Origin: an uncultured Gemmatimonadales bacterium
GTDB lineage: Bacteria > Gemmatimonadota > Gemmatimonadetes > Longimicrobiales > Gaopeijiaceae
Reading direction: 5' to 3'
Assembly: GCA_963809895.1 (NCBI GenBank)
Contig: CAWELD010000010.1
Span: forward strand, 288,001 to 352,000
DNA: 64,000 nt
Positions 49,611 through 58,660 of this stretch are shown here, one piece after another. The first letter of the stretch is position 1; each line of letters begins with the position of its first letter. Both the position numbers and the translations under genes were made by a program. Below the pieces are notes generated by a model. It was not told the origin of the DNA and ran no database searches. It was given only the letters and a program-made list of their open reading frames with translations.

Positions 49611-50174
49611 TTATCCCCCGGTTCCCGGCTCGCGTCGCGCGATGAGGGCCCCCAGCCAGGCTCCGGCGGCGCCCGCGATGCAGAGCACGGCGACGGACCC
49701 GACCCAGCCCGGCTTGTCCGTCATGATCCACAAGATGGCCAGCGCCATGCCGTTTGCGGCGGAGGTGGCCACCCACGGGGTGGACTCGGAGAGGGTCGTA
49801 CGAAGGGGGCTCGGGAGCCGGCCGTCGCCCACCGTCTGCAGCTCGGCGCCCACGCGTCCGAGCCATCGTCCGGAGACGCCGCCGGTGAGGAACCCGATCA
49901 GCACGATGCCGAGCAGCCCCAACGTGGCGAACGGGGAAAACTCCCGCCACCGCAGGAAGGCCATCAGGAGTCCGGAGATCAGGAGAAACCCCAGGCCACC
50001 AATGTGCATGCGGCCGGTTGCGGCGAGCACGTCGAACCAGGGGCGGGCCTCCTCCACGGTGCTGGCGCTTCGCAGGGCCGGCATGGCCCGATGGTAGAGG
50101 ATGAATCCCCCGAAGAGGCCGATGAGGCCCAGGAAGTGGACGACGAGCGCGATGTGGTAGATCAGCACGGTCAC
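49611..50174 (-). CDS. Hypothetical membrane protein (DUF2269-like)
   Basis: LVVH, LLISG, IMT.KPG, five hydrophobic segments. Confidence 0.7.
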   Translation of the reverse strand: MTVLIYHIALVVHFLGLIGLFGGFILYHRAMPALRSASTVEEARPWFDVLAATGRMHIGGLGFLLISGLLMAFLRWREFSPFATLGLLGIVLIGFLTGGVSGRWLGRVGAELQTVGDGRLPSPLRTTLSESTPWVATSAANGMALAILWIMTDKPGWVGSVAVLCIAGAAGAWLGALIARREPGTGG

Positions 50175-50178
50175 TACC

Positions 50179-50568
50179 CTACGATCCTTCGACGACCATC
50201 AGCGTGTTGCCCTCCGGGTCGCGGAACCAGAACATCGGCGGTACACCGTCACCGAAACGGCTCACCTCGGGATCGACGTCGGCGCCGCGCTCCTTCAACT
50301 GCGCGTGATAGGCAGTGATGTCGCCGGTTCGCAGGGTGATGCCTGTGTCCTTGCCGCCCGGGGTCACGCCTGGGCCGGGTGGGCAGATGGCGATCGGCGT
50401 CTCTGCGCCCGTGGGCGCAACTTCGATCCACCGGTTCCCGTCGCCGAATGGGATGTCGACACGCTTCTCGAGGCCGAGCGTCTCGGTGTAGAACCGGACC
50501 ATGCGGTCCTGCTCGCCGGTCGGAATGATCACGTTGGCCAGGCGGTCGATACTCGCGGCTGTGGCCAA
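50179..50568 (-). CDS. VOC/glyoxalase family protein
   Basis: RBS AGGAGG + TTG; FYTETLG, RWIEV.P, FRDPEGN. Confidence 0.9.
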   Translation of the reverse strand: MATAASIDRLANVIIPTGEQDRMVRFYTETLGLEKRVDIPFGDGNRWIEVAPTGAETPIAICPPGPGVTPGGKDTGITLRTGDITAYHAQLKERGADVDPEVSRFGDGVPPMFWFRDPEGNTLMVVEGS

Positions 50569-50640
50569 GGGTCCTCCTGCAAGGCTGGGTGTTGTGGACG
50601 CCCGAAGGGCGAGGAAAACGTCCAAAGCTGCCAGGGTGGG

Positions 50641-50688
50641 TGGCGCCATGGAAGAGCCGATTTTGCCTGCATAGATGGGGGCCATTCG
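50641..50688 (-). promoter_or_regulatory. Possible MocR-type operator upstream of the VOC-membrane-mocR operon
   Basis: Minus strand AATGGC...AATCGGC...GCCA: two direct half-sites plus one inverted, the arrangement described for MocR regulators. Confidence 0.35.
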
Positions 50689-50793
50689 GGACGGCTCGGG
50701 GGGACATCCCCACCGACCTCGTGACCGCGCTTGGGACGAGCGCTATCGGTGGAGAGGCCCGAGCCCGGACCGAACGTGGACTGCCGTCGTGCG

Positions 50794-50823
50794 TGTCGAT
50801 TTCCGCGAGGCTCGATCGACGCA
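50794..50823 (+). promoter_or_regulatory. ECF42-type promoter (copy 2), upstream of doxX
   Basis: TGTCGA-N16-TCGACGCA. Confidence 0.8.
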
Positions 50824-50874
50824 GGGGTAGGCCGGGGATAGTCCCGGGCCAATCCTCCTTCCGGAGATCGAACC

Positions 50875-51258
50875 ATGAAGCACCCCAGGACTTCCAACGT
50901 GGTCCTCTGGATCGTCCAGGTTCTCCTCGCAGCGCTCTTCCTGTTCGCGGGAGGGGTCAAGCTGGCCCTGCCGGCCGCCGAGCTGGCGAGCCAGACGGGC
51001 CTGCCGGCCCTGTTCATGCAGTTCATCGGCGTGGCCGAGATGGCCGGCGGTCTCGGCCTGCTCGTCCCTGGCCTGGTACGGATTCACAGGGAGTTCACAC
51101 CTGTTGCGGCATCGGGACTCCTCGTCATCATGGCCGGTGCCGTGGTGGTGACGGTCCTGCACGTGTCGCTGGGTGCCGCAGCGTTGCCCTTCGTGGTAGG
51201 TGTGTTGCTGGCGCTGGTCGTCCGCGGACGCCGGGGATGGGCCGTGTCCATCTCGTGA
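50875..51258 (+). CDS. DoxX family membrane protein
   Basis: LWIVQVLLAALFLFAGGVKL, FIGVAE..GGLGL..P, AA.GL..IM.GA. Confidence 0.9.
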   Translation: MKHPRTSNVVLWIVQVLLAALFLFAGGVKLALPAAELASQTGLPALFMQFIGVAEMAGGLGLLVPGLVRIHREFTPVAASGLLVIMAGAVVVTVLHVSLGAAALPFVVGVLLALVVRGRRGWAVSIS

Positions 51259-51394
51259 CGTCATCATCGACGGGTGGATGGAAGCATCTCTTCGAACCTA
51301 TCCTTGGCTACCCTGCCCGATCGCACCTCGCCCCCGGGCGTCTGAACACGCGGCGCTGGTACGCTTCCTGCCGAGATGTGTGGGGTCAGGCCCG

Positions 51395-51424
51395 TGTCGA
51401 TCCGCGTGCAGCTCGCTCGACGCA
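51395..51424 (+). promoter_or_regulatory. ECF42-type promoter (copy 3), upstream of the second yciI
   Basis: TGTCGA-N16-TCGACGCA. Confidence 0.8.
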
Positions 51425-51481
51425 TCAGCAGGGGAGTCCTTTCAAGCCCCGAGACCAGATACTCACACAGGGAGAGCGACC

Positions 51482-51850
51482 ATGAAGTTTCTGTCGATGA
51501 TCCGGATCGACGAGAACAGCGGGCAGGCGCCCAGCGAGCGGCTCCAGCAGGACATGGGCCGGCTCATCGAGGAGTGGACCCGTGAAGGTAAGCTCATCCG
51601 CACCGCCGGGCTCCGGCCCAGTTCCGAGGGCCTCCGCGTGCGCTCGCGCCACGGCGACGTGACGGTCACGGACGGCCCGTTCACCGAGAGCAAGGAGGTG
51701 ATCGGAGGCTATGCGGTCCTGCAGGCCGATTCGAGGGAGGAGGCGATCGAACTGATCAAGCGCTTCCTCGAGATCCACGGGGAGGAGTGGGACATCGAGT
51801 GCGAGGTGCGCCGGTTGGACGGCGACATGGAGTTCGGGGTCGAGGCCTGA
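51482..51850 (+). CDS. YciI/DGPF family protein
   Basis: GLRPSSEG.RV, TDGPFTESKEVIGGY. Confidence 0.92.
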   Translation: MKFLSMIRIDENSGQAPSERLQQDMGRLIEEWTREGKLIRTAGLRPSSEGLRVRSRHGDVTVTDGPFTESKEVIGGYAVLQADSREEAIELIKRFLEIHGEEWDIECEVRRLDGDMEFGVEA

Positions 51851-51914
51851 CCATGTCCCCGAGGCCCCGGGAAAGGGGGTCCCTGACTGACTCACGTTCA
51901 AGAGGAGAACGACC

Positions 51915-52394
51915 ATGGCGAACAAGGCGACGCTGTGCCTTTGGTACGACCACGATGCAGAAGATGCGGCACGCTTCTATGCCGAGACCTTCCCGGACAG
52001 CTCGGTCGGGAGGGTCCAGCGCGCCCCGAGCGACTATCCCTCGGGCAAGGAGGGCGATGCGCTGGTCGTGGAATTCACGATCTGCGGAGTCCCCTGCGTC
52101 GGTCTGAACGGCGGGCCCGAGTTCAAACCGAACGAGAGCTTCTCGTTCCAGATCCACACGGAAGACCAGGCCGAGACGGACCGTCTGTGGAACGCCATCG
52201 TGGACAACGGCGGTCAGGAGAGCGCGTGTGGGTGGTGCAAGGACAGGTGGGGCTTCTCCTGGCAGATCATTCCGCGTGTGCTCACTGAAGCGCTGGCCGA
52301 TCCGAACAAGGCCGCGGCCAAGCGCGCCTTCGATGCGATGATGCCGATGACGAAGATCGATGTCGCCGCGATCGAGGCCGCGCGGAAGGGCTGA
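51915..52394 (+). CDS. VOC family PhnB-like protein
   Basis: CLWYD..AE.AA.FY...F, LNGGP.F, CGWCKD.WG.SWQI.P. Confidence 0.92.
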   Translation: MANKATLCLWYDHDAEDAARFYAETFPDSSVGRVQRAPSDYPSGKEGDALVVEFTICGVPCVGLNGGPEFKPNESFSFQIHTEDQAETDRLWNAIVDNGGQESACGWCKDRWGFSWQIIPRVLTEALADPNKAAAKRAFDAMMPMTKIDVAAIEAARKG

Positions 52395-52439
52395 AGGTCC
52401 CTGGTAGGCGGCTCCTCGTCGGGGGCATGCGCCCGAACG

Positions 52440-53096
52440 CTACCTCGGGACCGCGAGCGGACCGCGGAGCGTAGCGATGCTGGCCGCCAGGTCCGTCGAC
52501 ACGGCCTCCAGGCCTTCGTCCAGCAGGGCGACGAGACCCGCGAAGTCTCCCACCGTCCAGCCCGACCTCCGGTACTCCGTCGTCCCGCGCGTGAGCACCG
52601 CTCCGTCCTCCTGGCGGATGATTTCCCACATCACCGACAGGGAGACCCCTCCCTCGGGCGACAGCGGCTCCTCGGGCGCCAGTCCCTCGAAGCGGACCAC
52701 ATCGAGCTGGATGAGATAGTCGTAGCGTGCCGTAGGCGGCCACGGGGCCACTGCGGCGTCCCGGAATCCCCGGGCCGCCAGTGAGCTGGCCACCACCCGG
52801 TTGATCCCGGAACCGAGGGGCTCGCCCCAGCGGTTGAACTCCGAAAAGTCGACCTGGTTCGGGCCCCGGCGGATCACCATGAACGGCGATGCGAGGTAGG
52901 AGGCCAGCTTGGGCCGCCGCAGGCCGGCGGTGACGTCGGCGACCTGTGGGGAGGTCGTTGGGGGTGGCCGGAGCGTGTCCCCGCCGAGCACGAAGTACCG
53001 CTGGGGCGGTTCGCCTCTGCCCAGGCTGAGACACCCTGTCAGCCCCATGGCGAGACAGAGGCCGACCCGGAAGATCACTCTCTTGGGATGACGCAT
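52440..53096 (-). CDS. PqiC / ABC-type transport auxiliary lipoprotein
   Basis: Lipobox LTGC, YFVL, YL, RWGEPL; last gene of the Mla-type operon. Confidence 0.85.
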   Translation of the reverse strand: MRHPKRVIFRVGLCLAMGLTGCLSLGRGEPPQRYFVLGGDTLRPPPTTSPQVADVTAGLRRPKLASYLASPFMVIRRGPNQVDFSEFNRWGEPLGSGINRVVASSLAARGFRDAAVAPWPPTARYDYLIQLDVVRFEGLAPEEPLSPEGGVSLSVMWEIIRQEDGAVLTRGTTEYRRSGWTVGDFAGLVALLDEGLEAVSTDLAASIATLRGPLAVPR

Positions 53097-53097
53097 C

Positions 53098-54084
53098 CTA
53101 GTTTCCACCGGACTTCCTCCCGCGGATCAGCATGTCGGGGTTGCGCGCCAGCGAAAGGGAGAGCTCCCGCATCGCGTCCGCCGCTTCCCTGAGGCTGGCC
53201 ATGGCTCCCTCCATCTGATATCCGACGCCGGAGTCCGTGGAGAGCACCCCCCGTACGTCCTCCATGGCCTGCCGCATGGTCTGCACGGTGCGGGTCAGTT
53301 CCGCGTTCGCGTTGTCCATCTGCGTCAGAAGGGGACCGAGGGCGCCGTCGAGGCGCTCGATCAGGGTCTGCATTCCGCCCAGGGTACGCGTCACCTGTGC
53401 CGTCATCTCCGGGACCCCGTTGATGGCACCCTGCAGCGCCTCGGAGCCGGCCAGGCGCTCCACGGCCGCGGCCGACGCCACCACCGACCGGTTGATCTCC
53501 CCGATGTTCACCGAATCCAGCATCTCGTTCACCCGGAAGAGGACCTTCAGCACATCGCCCACGAGGCTGCCTGCCTGGCTACCGAACGCCGCCAGGAGCG
53601 AGGGAGTCGTGGGAATCTCCGGATAGATCGTGGGTCGCCGTTCGAGCGCGAAGGCCGGCGCGTCGGCGCGGTAGAGCAGCTCGATGTACAGTTGGCCGGT
53701 GACGATGCTCTCCATCTGCAGCTGAGCACGGAGGCCGTCGTCGATCTGTTGGCGGAGGACGCTCGTGTCGTTCAGATGAACGTAGTCGCCGGCCACCGAC
53801 GTCAGCCGCGTGAGATCCACGTCGTACTGCACCGGCACCTGAAACGTCTTGTCCGCTCCCCGGATCTGGATCAGGAGATCCGTCACACGGCCGACCGGCA
53901 CACCCTGGAATTTCACCGCCGCGCCGACTTCCAGCCCGTTGACGGACTCATCGAAGTAGCTGACGAAGGTCGACTCCTTCGTCAGCCACGAGGCGGAAGC
54001 CAGCGAAGCGACGCCCACCACCGTCAATCCGAGGGCGCCGATGATGAACAGGCCGATCACGGTTGGGTTCGCGCGCATGCTCAT
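53098..54084 (-). CDS. mlaD: MCE/MlaD family protein
   Basis: IGLFIIGA TM, F.ESVNGLEVGAAVKFQGVPVGRV, LRAQL...VTGQLY, helical tail ending NP..LIRG. Confidence 0.9.
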   Translation of the reverse strand: MSMRANPTVIGLFIIGALGLTVVGVASLASASWLTKESTFVSYFDESVNGLEVGAAVKFQGVPVGRVTDLLIQIRGADKTFQVPVQYDVDLTRLTSVAGDYVHLNDTSVLRQQIDDGLRAQLQMESIVTGQLYIELLYRADAPAFALERRPTIYPEIPTTPSLLAAFGSQAGSLVGDVLKVLFRVNEMLDSVNIGEINRSVVASAAAVERLAGSEALQGAINGVPEMTAQVTRTLGGMQTLIERLDGALGPLLTQMDNANAELTRTVQTMRQAMEDVRGVLSTDSGVGYQMEGAMASLREAADAMRELSLSLARNPDMLIRGRKSGGN

Positions 54085-54091
54085 AGTCGGG

Positions 54092-54886
54092 CTATGTCCT
54101 CGCCGGGCGTTGCACGAATGCCGGCTTGTCCGGGGCTTCACTGTTCCTGGTCAGGAATCGACGAACCTCTTCGCTCGGTGGGTTCTCTCGCAGGTCGGCC
54201 GGACTCCCGAGCGCCGTCATGGTTTTCTGGTCGATATCCAGAAAGAGGGCCCGATCCGCGATTTTCGAGATGCTTGCCAGGTCGTGGCTGACGACGACGA
54301 TCGTGGTACCGAAGCAGCTTCGGATCTGCAGGATGAGATCGTCGAGACGGCTCGCGGTGATGGGATCCAGACCGGAGGAGGGCTCGTCGAAGAAGAGCAC
54401 GTCCGGATCCAACGCGACTGCGCGGGCGAGGGCGGCTCGCTTGCGCATACCGCCGCTGATCTCGACGGGATAGAACGACTCGAATCCGCGCAGCCCAACG
54501 AGGGCGAGCTTCAGCGACACGACCTCGGCGATGACCCGCGGGGGCAGGGTCGTGAGCTCCTCCAGGGGAAGGGCCACATTCTCGGCGAGCGTCAATCCGC
54601 TCCACAGAGCGCCGTTTTGATAGGTGACGCCGATACGCCGGAGGATCCGTCTTCGACTCTTGCCATCGGCGCTTCCGAGATCCTCGCCCTCGAACAGAAT
54701 CGTTCCCTTTACCGGCTTCCTCAGCCCGATGAGGTGCTTGAGCAGGGTGCTCTTGCCGCTCCCGCTCCCCCCCATGACGATGAAGATCTCCCCGCGCCGG
54801 ACGTCGAAGGACACGTCCCGCATGACGATGCTCTCGCCGTACGCCATCGTCAGATCCCGGACCTCGATGCACGTTACGTCGTCCAT
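54092..54886 (-). CDS. mlaF: Mla-type ABC transporter ATP-binding protein
   Basis: GGSGSGKS Walker A, ISGGMRKR, LFFDEPSSGLDP, VSH. Confidence 0.92.
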   Translation of the reverse strand: MDDVTCIEVRDLTMAYGESIVMRDVSFDVRRGEIFIVMGGSGSGKSTLLKHLIGLRKPVKGTILFEGEDLGSADGKSRRRILRRIGVTYQNGALWSGLTLAENVALPLEELTTLPPRVIAEVVSLKLALVGLRGFESFYPVEISGGMRKRAALARAVALDPDVLFFDEPSSGLDPITASRLDDLILQIRSCFGTTIVVVSHDLASISKIADRALFLDIDQKTMTALGSPADLRENPPSEEVRRFLTRNSEAPDKPAFVQRPART

Positions 54887-54893
54887 GGGCGTC

Positions 54894-56032
54894 CTAGACT
54901 CCCAAGAGGGCGGCAAGCCAGTCGATGACGGCCGTGGCCACGATGATCCAGGTGATGCCGGTGACCACGGCGGACGTCGCCGCCCTGCCCACCGCGCTGG
55001 CGTCACTGTCGGTCTGCATGCCCCGCATGCAGCCCGCGATGCCGATGATCAGGCCGAAGACCGTCCCCTTGAAGATCCCGAGCAATCCGTCCGAGAGCGT
55101 CAGCGGGGTCAAGAGGCCGCCGAGGAACTGGGTGGCGCTCAGGTCCAGCATGGTGACCGCGACGAGCAGGCCACCGAGAATACCGATGAAGACGGCGTAG
55201 ATCGTGAGCAGGGGCATCATGACGAAGATGCCCAGGATCCGCGGTAGCACGAGGTGGTCGATGGGGGAGACGCCAAGCGTCCTGAGCGCGTCGATCTCCT
55301 CGGTGATCTTCATGCTCCCCAGCTCGGCGGCGAAGGCCGCGCCAGTCCGGCCTGCCATGATGATGCCGGTCATCAGGGCTGCCATCTCCCGCAGCATTCC
55401 GTATCCGACCAGGTACGACACGTAGTATCCCGCCCCCAACCGACGCAGGACCACCGCGCCCAGGAAGGCGATGATCAGCCCGACCATGAAACTGATCAGC
55501 GTGACGATGGGGAGGGCGCCCGAGCTGTTGGATTGCACCACCACCCAGAAATCCCGCCAGCGCATGCGCGCCCGGAAGCGGAGCAGACGGACGAGGCTGT
55601 CGGCCACCTCGCCGGTGAAGGCCACCGACTCCAGGAATTTCCGTACCCGAGGCCAGTCCCGACGCGCCGAGCCGGGCGACGAATGACGCCTCTCTCTCCG
55701 ACCTCTTCAGTTCCCGCTCTGGCACCGCCCGAGTGAGATCGAGGAGACGGCCGACGCTCTCCGGCAAGCTCTCCGTGCTGAAGTCGAGGCCGTGGGCCTC
55801 GCAGTAGTCTCTGCCCCGGAGCAGGAAGATGAGCAGGCTGCTGTCCCATGCGCCCAACTCCGCGGTGTCGAATGCGATCGTGCCGGCGGCGGACCCTGCC
55901 GGGAAATCGTCGACGAGCCGGTCGAAGGTCACGGTCGGGATCCTGCAGGTCCCAGACACCCGCCAGGGTCGCGATGAGCGCATGACCCTCCTGGCGAATG
56001 GTCGGAGGCACCCTCCTCGACGCGGGCATCAC
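54894..56032 (-). pseudogene. mlaE: MlaE permease with N-terminal STAS-like domain, two frameshifts (~55938 and ~55639; probably sequencing errors)
   Basis: Three frames join: LAGVWDL / WDSSLL...LP / AFTGE...REMAALMT...GRTGAAFAAELGSMKITEEIDAL. Each shift is one extra base in a 3-nt run. Confidence 0.88.
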
Positions 56033-56409
56033 TCCCTCGGGGGCAGGCGCCGGCGAGGGAGGTGGGGCGGCGAAGGGAGAACGGCATCCGCCGGCGGCAC
56101 GGGCTCTTCCGTGACGGCCATGGGCACAGTCAGTGCGAAGCCCGTATCCGAGCTTCGCAACTCGGCTTCCAGGCGCCGGTTGACGTCGAGGTCCTGATCG
56201 GGGCTGTCACTGACCACCAGGATGTGCGTAACCTGTTGCTCGACCACGAAGCGGCCTTCCCATGTCCGCTCCTGGACTCTGGCCTGCGTCCCTTCGTGGT
56301 CGAGTAGCAGCTTGACGGCGCGCAGCCGGTCCTCCGGCTGGGGAGGCACGATCTGATAAGCATACGCCCAGGCGGGCTTGGGCTCCTGAGGCGACTTCTC
56401 GTCTGCCAA
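56029..56409 (-). CDS. Hypothetical protein
   Basis: GAGG RBS + TTG; stop overlaps the mlaE start (ATGA); globular-looking composition. Confidence 0.6.
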   Translation of the reverse strand: MADEKSPQEPKPAWAYAYQIVPPQPEDRLRAVKLLLDHEGTQARVQERTWEGRFVVEQQVTHILVVSDSPDQDLDVNRRLEAELRSSDTGFALTVPMAVTEEPVPPADAVLPSPPHLPRRRLPPRE

Positions 56410-56558
56410 TGAGCACCTCGTGCATCCGTTGGACCCCTTCGAACTCAGGCGAGAGCGCCTTCGCGAGAGGCTTTCTGTTCGAACGATAGTCCCGGGGCAC
56501 GTACCGGGGTATCGCCCGAACAGGCATCATCCGGAAGGATGACGGACGAGGCGCCGGA

Positions 56559-57266
56559 CTAGTCCCCTCGCTCCCTGTGGGCGAAGGCGGCGATCTGCAG
56601 ACGGGTGTGCAGAGCGAGCTTTTCCATGATGTTGCGCACGTGGCTCTTCACGGTGTGGATCGAGATGTGAAGGCGCGCAGCGATCTGCTTGTTCCCCAAC
56701 CCTTCCGAGATGAGGTTGATGACCTGCCGCTCGCGCTTGGTCATCCGCACTGCATCGAGCGCCTCCGAACGACCGCTCGCCACCGCGGCCCTGGCAATCT
56801 GGGAAAAGAGCGTGCTCGTCATCTGGGGCGGGAGCACGTTGGCTCCCTCCGCCACGGAGCGAATGGTGCGCACGAGGTCCTCGAGAGTGGCGTCCTTCAT
56901 GATGAAACCGGACACGCCCAGGTGGACGAACTCCATGATGTCCTCGTGGACCGGGAGGAGATCCATGACGATGACGCCCGACTCGGGAAAATCCCGTCGC
57001 ACTTTCTCGGCGACCCGCAGGCTGTCGCCGTTGCGTAGCCCGAGGTCAAGGAGGACAACGTGGGGTCGCACTTCGTTCAGGAGAGCGAGGTTCCCGCTGG
57101 CTGCCCCTGCGACCACCTTCAGGTCCGGAACCTGGTTCAGGAGTGCGGTGATCCCCTCCCGGACCAGCCGATTGTCCTCGATCACCGCGATGGCGATCAC
57201 GTCAGCTGCCTCGCGCGAGCGTGCGGATCCCTCGGGGGCCATCTCGCGCTCGGACGGGTCGGTCAT
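56559..57266 (-). CDS. NarL/LuxR family response regulator
   Basis: VIEDN, VVLLD, GFIMK; HTH T.RE..V..LI.EG..NK.IA..L.IS..TVK.H..NI..KL. Confidence 0.93.
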   Translation of the reverse strand: MTDPSEREMAPEGSARSREAADVIAIAVIEDNRLVREGITALLNQVPDLKVVAGAASGNLALLNEVRPHVVLLDLGLRNGDSLRVAEKVRRDFPESGVIVMDLLPVHEDIMEFVHLGVSGFIMKDATLEDLVRTIRSVAEGANVLPPQMTSTLFSQIARAAVASGRSEALDAVRMTKRERQVINLISEGLGNKQIAARLHISIHTVKSHVRNIMEKLALHTRLQIAAFAHRERGD

Positions 57267-57395
57267 CGGACGGGTACCCCCAGACAGCCACTGTCAACCA
57301 GGATCGTAGACAGCATCATAACTGGCGCGAAGGACGAGCGATACTGAACTGCATCGATCGTGGGAGCCGTACCGAGGCCCCCGCGGCTATGCCGC

Positions 57396-58073
57396 TCAGC
57401 GCGATCCCGTGCCCTCCGCGGCGGCCGCGTAGATGGCCACTTCGATGCGCCGGTTCGTCTGGCGGCCCAATTCAGTGTCATTGGACGCCACGGGCTCCAA
57501 CTCGCCCCTGCCGGACACGTGGATCCGGCTCCCGGCGACGCCCTGTAGGGCCAGATAGCGGGACGCCGAGCCAGCGCGCCGCGTGGACAGATCCTGGTTG
57601 TACTCGGTGGTTCCGAGAGCGTCGGTGTGACCGACGATGAGGAGCTCCGTGTCGGAGTACTTCTTCAGGCTGGTCGCGAGATTCTGCAGGTTCTGCGCCG
57701 CCTCCGGACGGATGGCGTCGGAATCGAAGTCGTACAGTAGCCCGGAGGCGAAGGTGACCACCAACCCTTCGCCGATCCTCTCCACCACCGCGCCTGGAAT
57801 CGCGACTTCGAGCTCCTTGGCCTGCTGATCCATCCGGTTGCCGATGATGGCGCCGGCGGCGCCTCCCACTACGGCACCGATGATGGCGCCGCGTGCGGTC
57901 GATCCGGTCTGTTTGCCGACCACGGCACCGGCGGCCGCGCCGGCCGTCGCGCCGACGGCCGTGCCCTTCGCCTTGTTGCTCCAGGCGCAGGCGGTGGATG
58001 TGAGGACGACACCGAGAACCAGGGCGCGCTTCGTCAAGCGCACCGATCGGTGGGACAGTTCCGTGATGCTCAT
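57396..58073 (-). CDS. OmpA family lipoprotein with glycine zipper (YiaD-like)
   Basis: STAC lipobox, GA..GA..GA zipper, MDQQA.EL, GHTD, NQ.LS..RA, NRRIE. Confidence 0.92.
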   Translation of the reverse strand: MSITELSHRSVRLTKRALVLGVVLTSTACAWSNKAKGTAVGATAGAAAGAVVGKQTGSTARGAIIGAVVGGAAGAIIGNRMDQQAKELEVAIPGAVVERIGEGLVVTFASGLLYDFDSDAIRPEAAQNLQNLATSLKKYSDTELLIVGHTDALGTTEYNQDLSTRRAGSASRYLALQGVAGSRIHVSGRGELEPVASNDTELGRQTNRRIEVAIYAAAAEGTGSR

Positions 58074-58170
58074 GGTGTACCTCGCTGAAGAATTGGACCT
58101 TGTCCGTACGTGTTCCGTTTCCGGCTGACGGGCCTCGATCAGCGAGGTCGCCGGCCTTGCTCGCTCCGGG

Positions 58171-58383
58171 CTAGGCCTTGCGGCGCAGGTCCGTGACGAC
58201 CAGGGCGAGCCCCGCAAGGAGCACGGCACCCGCGATCCATGGGCGCACCGGATGCTGCTCCTCGGCAGTCACCGTGAGGCCGCCGACGTCCAGGACGTTG
58301 CGCCGCGTCGTGAAGCTCCCCTCGAAGAAGAGGAAGGCTCCGACGACCATCAGTGCCGCGCCTGCGAGCGTGAGTATCCGCAT
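58171..58383 (-). CDS. Small two-TM membrane protein (DUF3185-like)
   Basis: RBS GGAGG; TM - FTT...VLDVG.L.V - PW.AG TM. Confidence 0.7.
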   Translation of the reverse strand: MRILTLAGAALMVVGAFLFFEGSFTTRRNVLDVGGLTVTAEEQHPVRPWIAGAVLLAGLALVVTDLRRKA

Positions 58384-58660
58384 CGGTCTACCTCCGAGTA
58401 CGTGGGCATGACACCACCGCTATAGAAGTCTATCCGAGAGCACTCCCGGGTCCCATCGCCCATTGGTGTGAAAAACGAGGCAGGGAAAGGGGTACGGCCG
58501 CCCCTCGATCCGTCGCTCGATCGCACTACTGCTTCCGGTTGAGCGTGGGGCTCTCCACGGTACGTCGCTTTCCAGTCCTTCGGGCGATGCCCACCGATGC
58601 CGCGGGCCGCGAGCTTTATTGAGAGGTCAGTTCCCTCTCGTCGAATCGGAGGTACGGTCC

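Noticed and set aside
51255..51390. Possible gene remnant (GGWKHLFE) after doxX
   Set aside because: Too short and degenerate to assign.
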